Source: Flavitalea sp. (GTDB taxonomy: Bacteria; Bacteroidota; Bacteroidia; Chitinophagales; Chitinophagaceae). From it: a DNA stretch of 64,000 nucleotides. A model generated the notes under the pieces. It was not told where the DNA came from and searched no databases. It saw nothing but the letters and a program-made list of their open reading frames with translations. Location of the stretch: assembly GCA_035489435.1 (NCBI GenBank), contig DATHKG010000005.1. One strand, written 5' to 3'. This document shows, one piece after another, positions 21,301-28,998 of this stretch. The position numbers and the translations under genes are program-made. Position 1 is the first letter of the stretch, and each line of letters begins with the position of its first letter.

Positions 21301-23504
21301 GCAATCTTCAAAACAAAATCAGAAAAATCAGCAAACTTGCTTTCAAGCTCTTCCACCTGCACACTCACCTTGGTGAAATAATCCTCGCATTTTTCAGGAG
21401 AGGTAGAGAGATCAAGGAAGGAAACTATGCCCTGTTCAAGTAAAGTTAGTTGTGCGTAGAACTCGCCGGTTGCTTCCTTGCTTCGCAATGAGTTCAGCGT
21501 TCGGGCCAGGTCGGCCTTCACCTCGTTCAGCGATGCAAAGATCAGGGAGATCTTTTCAATGATTCGAGTGCTCTGCGTTGTGTCTTCTATTTTCAGGCTG
21601 TTCAGGATATCAATCAACATCTCCAGTTCGCCCGCAATACCTTTTACCGCGGCTTCTATGGCTAAAGCATCAATGGCCTTGGTAACACCGGTAACAGCTG
21701 CCTTTTGGGCGACAACCTTCTGCTCGTATGGTTCCAGTGCCTTGTCTTTTAGCAAAAAGTTTATGGTGTCTTGGGAAAGTGTCGTGTTATAACCATCGAG
21801 CACTTTCTGCAGTTCCTCAACCTTATCGAGCGCAACATATTTTACGTTTCGCAGATCAATCACCGCACCCTGCATGTTGCGGGTGTTTGCAAGCATCTGC
21901 ACCAGTTGATCAAGGGAGGTCACCACATTGTTCTTGATATCAATCACCAGCTGATCAACGCGTTTCTGCATTGTCGCCAATGTCTCGCGTGCATGTTGGC
22001 GCTGTGCCTGCACTTTTGCAAATTCATCAATAGCGGTATTCGCAATGTCTTTTATCGAAGACAACGGTGTAGCTAAATCAAAAGTCGCCGGATCACGTAT
22101 CCAGAAATAAGAATCGATAACATCATTCGCTTTTTTCTGGATGTCTTCATAAAGCCGCGAATAAGAATCCTCCTTGCTCAACAACTGGATGATCTCCTGG
22201 CTCTCAGACATCGCACTCACAATATCCTTGTTCCCGATCTTATACAGCACATTGTCGTGCATGCCATCGTTTTCCTTCAACACAGCTGTATAAGGTGTTT
22301 GCCAGATCTGCACCTGGTGATGACGCACAGCTTCTGCTTCGGTCCGGAAATAAATGAGCTTGCCATCATTAAAAACTGTAAAGCCATTACAGATGATCGG
22401 GGTTTCAACCTGCTGTACAATGATGTTATAAGACATCAGCACATAAGTGTTACTCCGAACCTGGTAAAATATGTAAAGGATGTCTTCACCATTCGGGGAA
22501 GCCACACTGCGGATAAATTCGAGGCCAGTCAGATCGGATTCAAACAATTTATAATCGCCGTTCTGGAGATAATATCCGTTTGGAAAGATTACACCCTGGT
22601 TATCCGGCAACAAAATACCCGCATCAAGCAACATTTTGATTGGCTTCACTTCCCGGGTGCGTGCATTAAATATATAGGAACGCGCCTCTTCCTGGTAAGG
22701 CTTTATCTTCAACGCCACCAGGTTACCAAGATCAGCATAATAATATTCGGCATCATCGAGCTGCTGATCCTTGTTCAACACCGGTTCATGATAGATACCG
22801 CGACCGGATGCGGTATTGTTTTCAACTTTAAAGGTTATATCACCTCCAATGGCTTCAATAAACACCTTGTCGAGAATCGAGATATGCGGGTAAGCACCCA
22901 GGCGACGATCTTCCAAATTTGTTTTGATCCAACGGAAATCATGCTGTGGTGCGCGTTGCACCTCATGGATAGACCGGTCATCTACGTAAGTAAGCTGGTT
23001 GTTTTTGATCAGCCATTTAAACGCCTTTCGATCATCGACCGTTTTCCCGGTCTGAAAAATCATATACAGGTAGTTCCCGCTTTGGAAAAACCTGGCGAAC
23101 AATGAATCGCGGTAATATTTATAGAGATTGGTAAAGTCAGTAACAAAAGCTGCATCATCAATCAGCGTTAAAGGCTGCGGTTCAAAATGATCATTGGCGA
23201 ACTTATAGATACTGAACACATCGCTCAGCTTGATATCTTCCTTCAGACCAAACTGCACATTGTACCCGAATATACAAAGATCGCCCAGGGCAATAATGCC
23301 CCGCGATTCCCCATGATTTTCAGTTGTGATCCTTTGGTTAGCGATCAGCTCAAATCCATCAGAACTGAATACCTCATGCCTGGCTACATTTAGCTTGGCC
23401 AGTCTCGCGGCAAGTTCGATGCGCTGCTCGTTCAGCCTGTTCCGGATAATCTCGTAAGTTCCGGAATCAAGTGCAGATCCCGTCTTTTGCTCTGTTACTG
23501 CCAT
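18312..23504 (-). CDS. giant AAA_5 (MoxR/McrB/dynein-like) ATPase-domain protein with two collagen-like G-X-Y repeat stretches
   Basis: 1730 aa. Walker A LLLISPPGYGKTTLMEY, Walker B VMLYLDDIQH, then RFCVVMAGNPYTESGEQFKIPDMLANRADVYNLGD (AAA_5 pattern). Upstream repeats GTAGTAGTAGTAGAIGTAG and GAIGLAGVAGVTGAHGANGAN. Long coiled-coil centre. The N-terminal 500 aa are unassigned. Confidence 0.85.
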   Translation of the reverse strand: MAVTEQKTGSALDSGTYEIIRNRLNEQRIELAARLAKLNVARHEVFSSDGFELIANQRITTENHGESRGIIALGDLCIFGYNVQFGLKEDIKLSDVFSIYKFANDHFEPQPLTLIDDAAFVTDFTNLYKYYRDSLFARFFQSGNYLYMIFQTGKTVDDRKAFKWLIKNNQLTYVDDRSIHEVQRAPQHDFRWIKTNLEDRRLGAYPHISILDKVFIEAIGGDITFKVENNTASGRGIYHEPVLNKDQQLDDAEYYYADLGNLVALKIKPYQEEARSYIFNARTREVKPIKMLLDAGILLPDNQGVIFPNGYYLQNGDYKLFESDLTGLEFIRSVASPNGEDILYIFYQVRSNTYVLMSYNIIVQQVETPIICNGFTVFNDGKLIYFRTEAEAVRHHQVQIWQTPYTAVLKENDGMHDNVLYKIGNKDIVSAMSESQEIIQLLSKEDSYSRLYEDIQKKANDVIDSYFWIRDPATFDLATPLSSIKDIANTAIDEFAKVQAQRQHARETLATMQKRVDQLVIDIKNNVVTSLDQLVQMLANTRNMQGAVIDLRNVKYVALDKVEELQKVLDGYNTTLSQDTINFLLKDKALEPYEQKVVAQKAAVTGVTKAIDALAIEAAVKGIAGELEMLIDILNSLKIEDTTQSTRIIEKISLIFASLNEVKADLARTLNSLRSKEATGEFYAQLTLLEQGIVSFLDLSTSPEKCEDYFTKVSVQVEELESKFADFSDFVLKIADKRDEVIKAFNGKKEMLIAQINKRSASLEQIGLRVLKNVENKARSFDSKESIYAFFSADLMIGKIRGLVADLAALGDVAKAENLENLLKVAQEDALRNLKDKTDLFVDGQNIIALGDYKFVVNKQVLDLSIVRRDEKLFFHLIGTSFYKEVKAEALYQYRFIWEQELISENTSVYRGEYLAYQAYQAYENSLTGVASTIHRSTDAAVVTNGTGGANDTSGTAGTAGTAGTAGAIGTAGQNNFDHISYINDKVERDYAAAYLKGVHNTDAILIFEQLRSLREGLGILNYPPSVRVAAQLFWLQIDEAATNKLSQLISAAHSIEKSFPGSRQSAYVVNEIVNKYRLYVGLNTGDTTSASNNTNGSNSASTSITSNTVNAISTNTHNGNGKNTFNASNTAGAIGLAGVAGVTGAHGANGANDTYVIAHINDVAQYLYEEFASNLSFTASEQAIHIKKGFNEFLQAQKRFDVFAKDTENAGFSVEDRFQIIKNWLQAFLQQGGYDATYIDEAACLLLFKSHPYKERATSDSSQINGLKGTHAVISGQQYNLNFHSFLSKMENYTSTVVPAFEAFNKVKSDLTKSYKHALKIGEFEPRVLSSFVRNRLINEIYFPLIGSNLAKQIGAAGDDKRTARMGMLLLISPPGYGKTTLMEYLSKTMGLHFVKINGPSIGHRITSIDPVEATTSGAREELKKINLAFEMADNVMLYLDDIQHCSPEFLQKFISLADGQRKMDGIFEGDSKTYDLRGKRFCVVMAGNPYTESGEQFKIPDMLANRADVYNLGDVIGTSDHLFNLSLIENAVAENRYLQKISNRSFEDLHKLINYIETSAEMLPALEGNYQGQEVDDALAVLRSILMIRDIVIRVNQQYIASAAMKDAYRTEPSFKLQGSYRNMNKMVGKVVPLMNIEEVRTLILSHYESESQTLTSDAEANLLKLKELGGYITAPELERWEQIKTVFRKNNKFGGLDQNDTSGQMLIQLSSFNEHLEAIAKAISNGT
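20044..20115 (-). repeat. tandem 9-bp coding repeats (G-X-Y triplets) inside giant ATPase gene, copy 2
   Basis: gttagctcc gttagctcc gtgagcgcc ggtaactcc ggcaactcc ggcaagccc on the plus strand. Confidence 0.7.
20588..20648 (-). repeat. tandem 9-bp coding repeats (GTA)n inside giant ATPase gene, copy 1
   Basis: cctgcagtc cctgcagtc cctgcagtg cccgcagta on the plus strand, encoding (GTA)4 on the minus strand. Confidence 0.7.
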
Positions 23505-23547
23505 ATTAAACCGAGATAAGGAAATTGATATAAATCCGTGATTGGCG

Positions 23548-23706
23548 GATTCAATATTGATTCATTAAAAAACGATGCCAGATGATTTTTTTTGGAATGA
23601 ATGATTTATTGAATGTTACTATTGAACGGTCTTGTTGAATCCTGAATAATTCATTGAATGATACAATTGAATGATCTTATAAATCCTGAATGACCTTATT
23701 GAATCC
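23548..23706. promoter_or_regulatory. upstream region of giant ATPase gene with clustered TTGAAT/CTGAATG motifs, palindrome TCAATATTGA and a T8 tract
   Basis: TTGAAT at 23609, 23635, 23654, 23667 and 23698. CCTGAAT at 23641 and 23685. TCAATATTGA at 23551-23560. T8 at 23586-23593. Confidence 0.35.
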
Positions 23707-23728
23707 GCAAAAATTATAGAACAAACTA

Positions 23729-23765
23729 AACAGTAGCTGCACTCATAAAAAGCTGCAGCTACTGT
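23729..23765 (-). terminator. hairpin (13-bp stem AACAGTAGCTGCA / TGCAGCTACTGTT) downstream of flotillin gene
   Basis: Perfect 13-bp inverted repeat with an 11-nt loop, 17 bp past the flotillin stop. Followed on the minus strand by TTTAGTTTGTTCTAT. Confidence 0.5.
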
Positions 23766-23781
23766 TACTATTTAGAATCTC

Positions 23782-25824
23782 TTATGCACCCAACTTTTTA
23801 TTCGACAAACCAAGACTCTGCGCCAATTTTCCAAGATCCATGATCGCCGGCAGATCGGTGTCCGAACTATTCGCCTGCATCTTCATCAACACTGCAGAGA
23901 TAGTCAGGTTCTTCAGATCATTGGTCGAGATATTGTATTTTGAAGCAAAGGAGCGGATACGTTCCAGCAATTTCCCGTCCCCGTTACCATTGCCATCACC
24001 TATCAAAGCGTTTTTGATATCAGTAGCATGTTCGCTTTCATTGATCAAACGATCGAAGCCCCTGGCATTTGAGATCTGGTTAACAATATTCTGGAAGAAC
24101 ATGGTCTCACCACCAACGATATCGATCCTCGCACTCTTAAGCGCCTCGCCCAAAACGCCAGCCTGGGCCATAGCGATATCTTTATGTATGTTGATACCAG
24201 CAAGTGCAATGTCGCGATCCTTCGCCAATAACAACTTGAACTCTTCGTGATCCTTACCAACACCATCCAGCTTTTTCATCGCTTCAGCCTTATGTTCAAT
24301 ACCCGCAGCTTCAGCAAAAGCTTTTTCCCTGGTGACCTCAGCCTCAGCAAGACCTTGCTTACGACGTGCATCGGCCATTTTTTCAACGATACCGGCATCG
24401 GCCGTACCCTGGCGCTCGGAAGCTTCAGCCTTTGCAATCATTACTTCAGCTTCAGACAAACCAAGCGTTGCATCTTCACGAGCCTGGGCTTCAGCCAGTA
24501 TCTTACGGGCTTCGGCTTCCTTAACTGAAGCTTCTTTTTTCGCTTCAGCATCAATGATGGTTTGTTTACCGCGTTCTTCAGCGGCTTTTTTATCAGCTTC
24601 AGCAGCTTTAACAGTATAGATCAGTTTTTCTTCAGCCATGCGTGTAGCATTGGTAATACCCACACTTTTCTGGCGTTCAACTTCACGGAAAGATTCGATG
24701 TCTTTCATATTCTGTTGTTCTTCCACCACGCCTTTTTCAAGCTTAACCCTTTCGCGGATCACATCCTGGATGTTCTTCTTTTCAACTTCAATATTACGGT
24801 CGCGCTCGATCTGGGCAAGGGTTACGATTTTTTCTCTTTCGGTTGCTTCCAATGCACGATCTTTCTCTACTCTTTCCGTTTCAACCGCATTTGTACGTTC
24901 TTTATTTTTTGCAGCAATGATGATCTGGCGAAGTTTGTTTTCTTCCTGTATGGCCAGGCTTTCATCGGTCTTTATCCGCACTGTTTCTGATTTCAGTCTT
25001 TCTTCTTCACGAACCTTCAGGATCTCTGCCTGTTCGCGTGACTTTACATTATCAATCTCACGTTTTTGTTTTTCTTCTTTTTCGGCTTGTTGTCTTTCCA
25101 GTTCAAGAATGGCTTCACGTGCCTCCACGTTTTGTTTTTTGATCACCTTTTCCTCATCACGACGGATCAGGTTTGCGTGGATATTCTGTGCGGCAGTGAG
25201 TTCAGTAATCTTGCGGATACCCTGTGAATCAAGGATATTACCGGGGCTGAGGAACTTCATTTCAGTTTGTTCGAGATAGTCAATGGCACAGTCGTCCAGG
25301 ATATAACCATTCAGATCTGTACCAATGATACCTAGTATCTCGTCCCTGAATTCACGACGGGCTTCATACAAGGAGATAAAATCAAACTTCTTACCAACTG
25401 TTTTCAAGGCTTCTGAGAACTTTGCTTCAAACAAATTGGTCAGCGTATCCGTATCAGAAGCACGTTCGGTGCCGATGATCTGTGCAACGTTTAATACGTC
25501 TTCCACATTTTTATTTACGCGAACGAAAAACGCGACCTTGATGTCTGCCCGGATATTATCCTTGCATATCAGTCCTTCGAATTCCAGGCGGTCGATTTGT
25601 AACTTCTTAACAGAGATGTCCATGATCTCCATTTTATGAAGAATCGGGATCACATACATACCCTGGTTAAATGCTACTTTACCACCGCCAACACCGGTTC
25701 TCACGATGGCCTTGCCTTGCGGGATCTTTTTATAGAAGCTGGCAAAGGCAGCAAGTAAAATGAAGAGTAAAAACGCGATACCACCAACGATGAGGAGAGT
25801 GATTCCGCCAAGAGATTCTAGCAT
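23782..25824 (-). CDS. flotillin-like SPFH/band-7 protein (FloT/YqiK family)
   Basis: 680 aa. N-terminal TM helix, then an SPFH domain, then a very long E/A/K-rich coiled coil (AEAEVTREKAFAEAAGIEHKAEAMKK...). Confidence 0.85.
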   Translation of the reverse strand: MLESLGGITLLIVGGIAFLLFILLAAFASFYKKIPQGKAIVRTGVGGGKVAFNQGMYVIPILHKMEIMDISVKKLQIDRLEFEGLICKDNIRADIKVAFFVRVNKNVEDVLNVAQIIGTERASDTDTLTNLFEAKFSEALKTVGKKFDFISLYEARREFRDEILGIIGTDLNGYILDDCAIDYLEQTEMKFLSPGNILDSQGIRKITELTAAQNIHANLIRRDEEKVIKKQNVEAREAILELERQQAEKEEKQKREIDNVKSREQAEILKVREEERLKSETVRIKTDESLAIQEENKLRQIIIAAKNKERTNAVETERVEKDRALEATEREKIVTLAQIERDRNIEVEKKNIQDVIRERVKLEKGVVEEQQNMKDIESFREVERQKSVGITNATRMAEEKLIYTVKAAEADKKAAEERGKQTIIDAEAKKEASVKEAEARKILAEAQAREDATLGLSEAEVMIAKAEASERQGTADAGIVEKMADARRKQGLAEAEVTREKAFAEAAGIEHKAEAMKKLDGVGKDHEEFKLLLAKDRDIALAGINIHKDIAMAQAGVLGEALKSARIDIVGGETMFFQNIVNQISNARGFDRLINESEHATDIKNALIGDGNGNGDGKLLERIRSFASKYNISTNDLKNLTISAVLMKMQANSSDTDLPAIMDLGKLAQSLGLSNKKLGA

Positions 25825-25825
25825 G

Positions 25826-25912
25826 GTTAAGAGTTAAGAGGGTGAGTGTTTAGTTATGAGTTATGAGTTAGGAGTGATGAGTGAGTTATGAGTTCTTTGA
25901 GGATGAGTTTGT
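25826..25912. repeat. tandem heptamer-like repeats (GAGTTAT/GAGTTAA/GAGTGAT) in nfeD-flotillin intergenic spacer
   Basis: gttaagagttaagagggtgagtgtttagttatgagttatgagttaggagtgatgagtgagttatgagtt, about 10 degenerate units. Confidence 0.6.
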
Positions 25913-26019
25913 GTTTTATTTGGGATAAGGTTGAATGAAAAAATATAATTATGCGATGATGATAGGAATTAGACGTGATTATGGTTAAAAGGATATCAAT
26001 TGTAGAGGGAAATCATGGG

Positions 26020-26700
26020 TTATACGATGTTATTTAGGGTTATTTCGGGAACCACATAATAAAACCTCCCATCTTTTGATTCATCAGCGATCATAACGTC
26101 GGCGTTGTAATTGATTGTATCGCCGGATTTGGATTTTACGTTTAGGCGGATCACGTCATTGTTGATTACAAGTTCTGCGGCGCCGATCTTGTCGCCGGTT
26201 ACTGAGGAGCGCATTTTTGCTATGCGTCCCAGAAGGTCCAGTGATTCATCTCCGTTATATCCCATGGCTTTATAAACTTTTACTAATGGTTTGGTAACAA
26301 AACGGGTTACAAAAAACGCGAGAGCGAAAACAGGTATTAAGATCAGGGCTGATTTCCAGCCCCAGCTTGCCATTCCGAGAAACACAGAACTAACGAGGGT
26401 GATAATCCAGGCGATAAATTTAAAGGTTGAATATACTACCATGAATGGCACTTTGCCGACATTCACATAGTCCATCGCTTTTGAAAACCATCCTTGCTCA
26501 GCGCTGACTTCACCATCCACATCAACATCGGTATCAGGACTAACATCAACACCGGTATCAACCTCCGGTGCAAAGTCAAGGTCGCCCAGGAAATCACCGG
26601 CTATAAGGGTAAACACCCAGTATAGTGCAGTGATGCCCGTTAGTACGGTCATTATGCCATTTGAAAGCGGGTGAAACAGGAGGTTAAAGAAGTCTGACAT
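26020..26700 (-). CDS. NfeD/YqiJ-like membrane protein (flotillin partner)
   Basis: 226 aa. An acidic stretch, then hydrophobic helices, then a C-terminal OB-like segment. Immediately upstream of flotillin on the same strand, as in yqiJK and yuaFG operons. Confidence 0.6.
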   Translation of the reverse strand: MSDFFNLLFHPLSNGIMTVLTGITALYWVFTLIAGDFLGDLDFAPEVDTGVDVSPDTDVDVDGEVSAEQGWFSKAMDYVNVGKVPFMVVYSTFKFIAWIITLVSSVFLGMASWGWKSALILIPVFALAFFVTRFVTKPLVKVYKAMGYNGDESLDLLGRIAKMRSSVTGDKIGAAELVINNDVIRLNVKSKSGDTINYNADVMIADESKDGRFYYVVPEITLNNIV

Positions 26701-26730
26701 GACAGGTTAAGGTTAATGTTGTTGTCTAAG

Positions 26731-26795
26731 TAATCGGCAAATGTTTGACTAAGTGATCGGTAAATGTTTGTCCAAGTGATTGGCCAAGGGCATAA
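26731..26795. repeat. about 22-bp direct repeat x2.5 (CTAAGTRATCGGYAAATGTTTG) in pspA-nfeD spacer
   Basis: ctaagtaatcggcaaatgtttg actaagtgatcggtaaatgtttg tccaagtgattggccaag. Confidence 0.55.
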
Positions 26796-26811
26796 GGTAA
26801 TAACTGTTTTT

Positions 26812-27528
26812 CTAATTTTCCGGGTTTTGACCCATGCCTAATTTGTTTTTAATGGCGATCAGGTCTGATTCGATGGATAACGTATCATCTTTCAAAATCT
26901 TGTTTAATTCGTCTTTAAGATCGTTTTTTGAATGAGCGATTTCTCCATAGGCTTTTGACAGTGCTTCCTGGTCTTCGACTTTGTCTTTCATACGTTCCAG
27001 CATCGCGATGGTGCCGTTGGTATCGAGTTGAGCCAGTTGTTTATTCACCTGTTGTGTTGCCTTGCTCACTTTTACACGTGCCTTGAGGGTTTTCAGTTCT
27101 TTTTCCCATTTGCCCATGTTTTCTTTCAGGATCTCGATGTTCCTGAGCATGTCCTGCGAACTCTGGTGATGCGTGAGCGCCTGTGAACGCAGGTCCTCGG
27201 CATCAGCATAATATCTGCGACGTAAAGAAAGTGCTTCGCGGGCCAGTTGTTCGGCTTTATTGAGCTCGACGTCACCTTTTTGAGCCTTCTGCATAATCAG
27301 GATGGCTTTTTCGGCATAATTCAATGATTCTTTCTGGCAGGTGGCTTCGTCATTTTCCGTCCGGATAGCGAGGGCTTTCACTTTGGCATATGCTTCGGTG
27401 GCTTCGGCGAGGTCGTCGCGGAGTTCGCGCAGGCCTTGTTCGGTCATCTTAATGGGGTCTTCCATTTTTTCGACAGCAGCATGAATTTCTGCCTGTCCGA
27501 TCCTGAAAATTCTTTTAAATAGGTTCAT
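26812..27528 (-). CDS. pspA: PspA/IM30 (Vipp1) family protein
   Basis: Starting from internal Met, MNLFKRIFRIGQAEIHAAVEKMEDPIKMTEQGLRELRDDLAEATEAYAKVKA matches the PspA N-terminus. The 35-codon extension in the ORF track overlaps the upstream gene and is probably not translated. Confidence 0.8.
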   Translation of the reverse strand: MNLFKRIFRIGQAEIHAAVEKMEDPIKMTEQGLRELRDDLAEATEAYAKVKALAIRTENDEATCQKESLNYAEKAILIMQKAQKGDVELNKAEQLAREALSLRRRYYADAEDLRSQALTHHQSSQDMLRNIEILKENMGKWEKELKTLKARVKVSKATQQVNKQLAQLDTNGTIAMLERMKDKVEDQEALSKAYGEIAHSKNDLKDELNKILKDDTLSIESDLIAIKNKLGMGQNPEN

Positions 27529-27532
27529 AACA

Positions 27533-27928
27533 TTACAGTTTTGAAAAGCTGATGATTTGTTGATAGTATTCGCTGAGCAGGAGCCCGAGTGAATTGATGG
27601 CTCCATCAAATTCGTTGAGATCGATATTGTCAATCTGCATCGTGTACCTGAAAAGCACCTTGTTTCCTTCTTCGTTTATTACAAAGGCACCGTGGATCAT
27701 GTCGCGGTTTTTCTGGAGCAGTTGTTTGAACATGCCGACATTATCTTTTTTAAACGAAAACAGGAAATGTTCCATGATCAGGATAGGGGGTGCGATACCG
27801 ATGATCAGGTTATGAATGCCATCCTCCTCGTTGTCGATTTTCAGGATGCCGTCTTTTTCATTTTTGTAAACGATGCGGCAACCGGAGCTGGTGGCGAAAT
27901 CTTGAATTGTGGACATGAAATCCATCAT
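27533..27928 (-). CDS. YbjN-like small protein upstream of pspA
   Basis: 131 aa. 4-nt spacing to the pspA start. YbjN-family genes commonly accompany pspA. The family call is tentative. Confidence 0.45.
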   Translation of the reverse strand: MMDFMSTIQDFATSSGCRIVYKNEKDGILKIDNEEDGIHNLIIGIAPPILIMEHFLFSFKKDNVGMFKQLLQKNRDMIHGAFVINEEGNKVLFRYTMQIDNIDLNEFDGAINSLGLLLSEYYQQIISFSKL

Positions 27929-27960
27929 TTGGCTTTTGTTTGTCTGATAAAGCTAAAAAA

Positions 27961-28012
27961 TATTTTGTTAAAATGCAAAAAATATTTGCATATTTGTTAA
28001 AATATTTTGCTT
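27961..28012. promoter_or_regulatory. divergent promoter/operator: direct repeat TTTGTTAAAAT x2 flanking an imperfect palindrome TGCAAAAAATATTTGCA
   Basis: Repeats at 27964-27974 and 27993-28003. The palindrome lies between them. Located between ybjN-pspA (minus strand) and the XRE regulator (plus strand). Confidence 0.35.
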
Positions 28013-28024
28013 TATATTTGATCT

Positions 28025-28711
28025 ATGCTCAAAATCGGAACCAACATAAAAAAAATAAGGACCGCCAAAAACCTGAGCCAGCAAGCATTTGCGGATCTTT
28101 TTGAATTAACCAGGGGAAATATCTCGTCTTACGAGGAAAGTCGCGCGGAACCAAAACTGGAATCTGTAATCAAAATTGCAAATTATTTTAGCATTCCGCT
28201 AAATAAATTTGTATCCGAGGTTTTGACAGTAAATGAGATTCTGCAATACAATGGCGATTCCCTGTTAACCGACGAAAACCGGATCACCAACCTGCAGCTT
28301 CGCGAGGTGCCTTTTATAAGTGATGCGATATATATGCGTTGTAGTCATAAGGAGTTAGCCTTTAATGACTGGGCTTCTTTTCCAAAACTCGTTTTGCCCG
28401 AAACCAGTAGCAATAACCTGCTTGCGCTCTCTTTTAATAACAATATCCCGCATCACCAGGCTTTGCCGGATTACCGGATGAATGATGTGTTGGTGTTTGA
28501 AGAACTTACTCGTGAGAATGTGCATTTGTGTGATGGGAAGGCTGGCTTTTTTACGGGCGCTTCAGAAATCATGATCGGGCAGTATCGGTTGTCCGGCAGC
28601 GTTATAGAGTTGGTGTTGAATGATTTTAAGAAATATTCATTTGAGTTTAAGGAAGAAAAGCAGTTCTGGAAGTTGTTCGCGGTTTATGAGCACCTCTACA
28701 ATAAACAATAA
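28025..28711 (+). CDS. XRE-family HTH transcriptional regulator with C-terminal domain
   Basis: N-terminus IKKIRTAKNLSQQAFADLFELTRGNISSYEESRAEPKLESVIKIANYFSIPLNKF is a Cro/C1-type HTH. Confidence 0.7.
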   Translation: MLKIGTNIKKIRTAKNLSQQAFADLFELTRGNISSYEESRAEPKLESVIKIANYFSIPLNKFVSEVLTVNEILQYNGDSLLTDENRITNLQLREVPFISDAIYMRCSHKELAFNDWASFPKLVLPETSSNNLLALSFNNNIPHHQALPDYRMNDVLVFEELTRENVHLCDGKAGFFTGASEIMIGQYRLSGSVIELVLNDFKKYSFEFKEEKQFWKLFAVYEHLYNKQ

Positions 28712-28998
28712 CAATTAACAAGTCTACAATTAACAACACCAATTAACAAGCTAAACCTACTACGATGATTATCCAGCATTTATTATTGTTTGTTTTTCTT
28801 GCTTTCCTTCTCGGTAGAAAACCTAAGCCGAATTATAGAACCCGTTCGCGCGATTATGATGCAGCGTATCGCAGGCCTGCAGAACGAATGTTGGGATCGG
28901 ATACAATAATCGTAAATAAACGGGATGGTCTATACTTTATGCATGTCGCTAAATAGTCATAATATGACGGTGTATTTTTTTAGCTGTAACTGCATTTT

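Noticed and set aside
18936-23105. Multiple 60-280-aa plus-strand ORFs inside the giant ATPase gene, and similar ones inside the 1794-aa and flotillin genes
   Set aside because: Antisense to long, motif-bearing ORFs. The plus-strand ORFs in the flotillin gene are low-complexity mirror images of the coiled-coil region.
27529-27633. 35-codon N-terminal extension of the PspA ORF in the track
   Set aside because: The PspA family N-terminus aligns from the internal Met (MNLFKRIF...). The extension overlaps the upstream ybjN-like gene in another frame.
28765-28956. 63-aa ORF with hydrophobic N-terminus between XRE and AraC genes
   Set aside because: Short, no motif, in a promoter/terminator region. 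Cannot be supported without conservation data.
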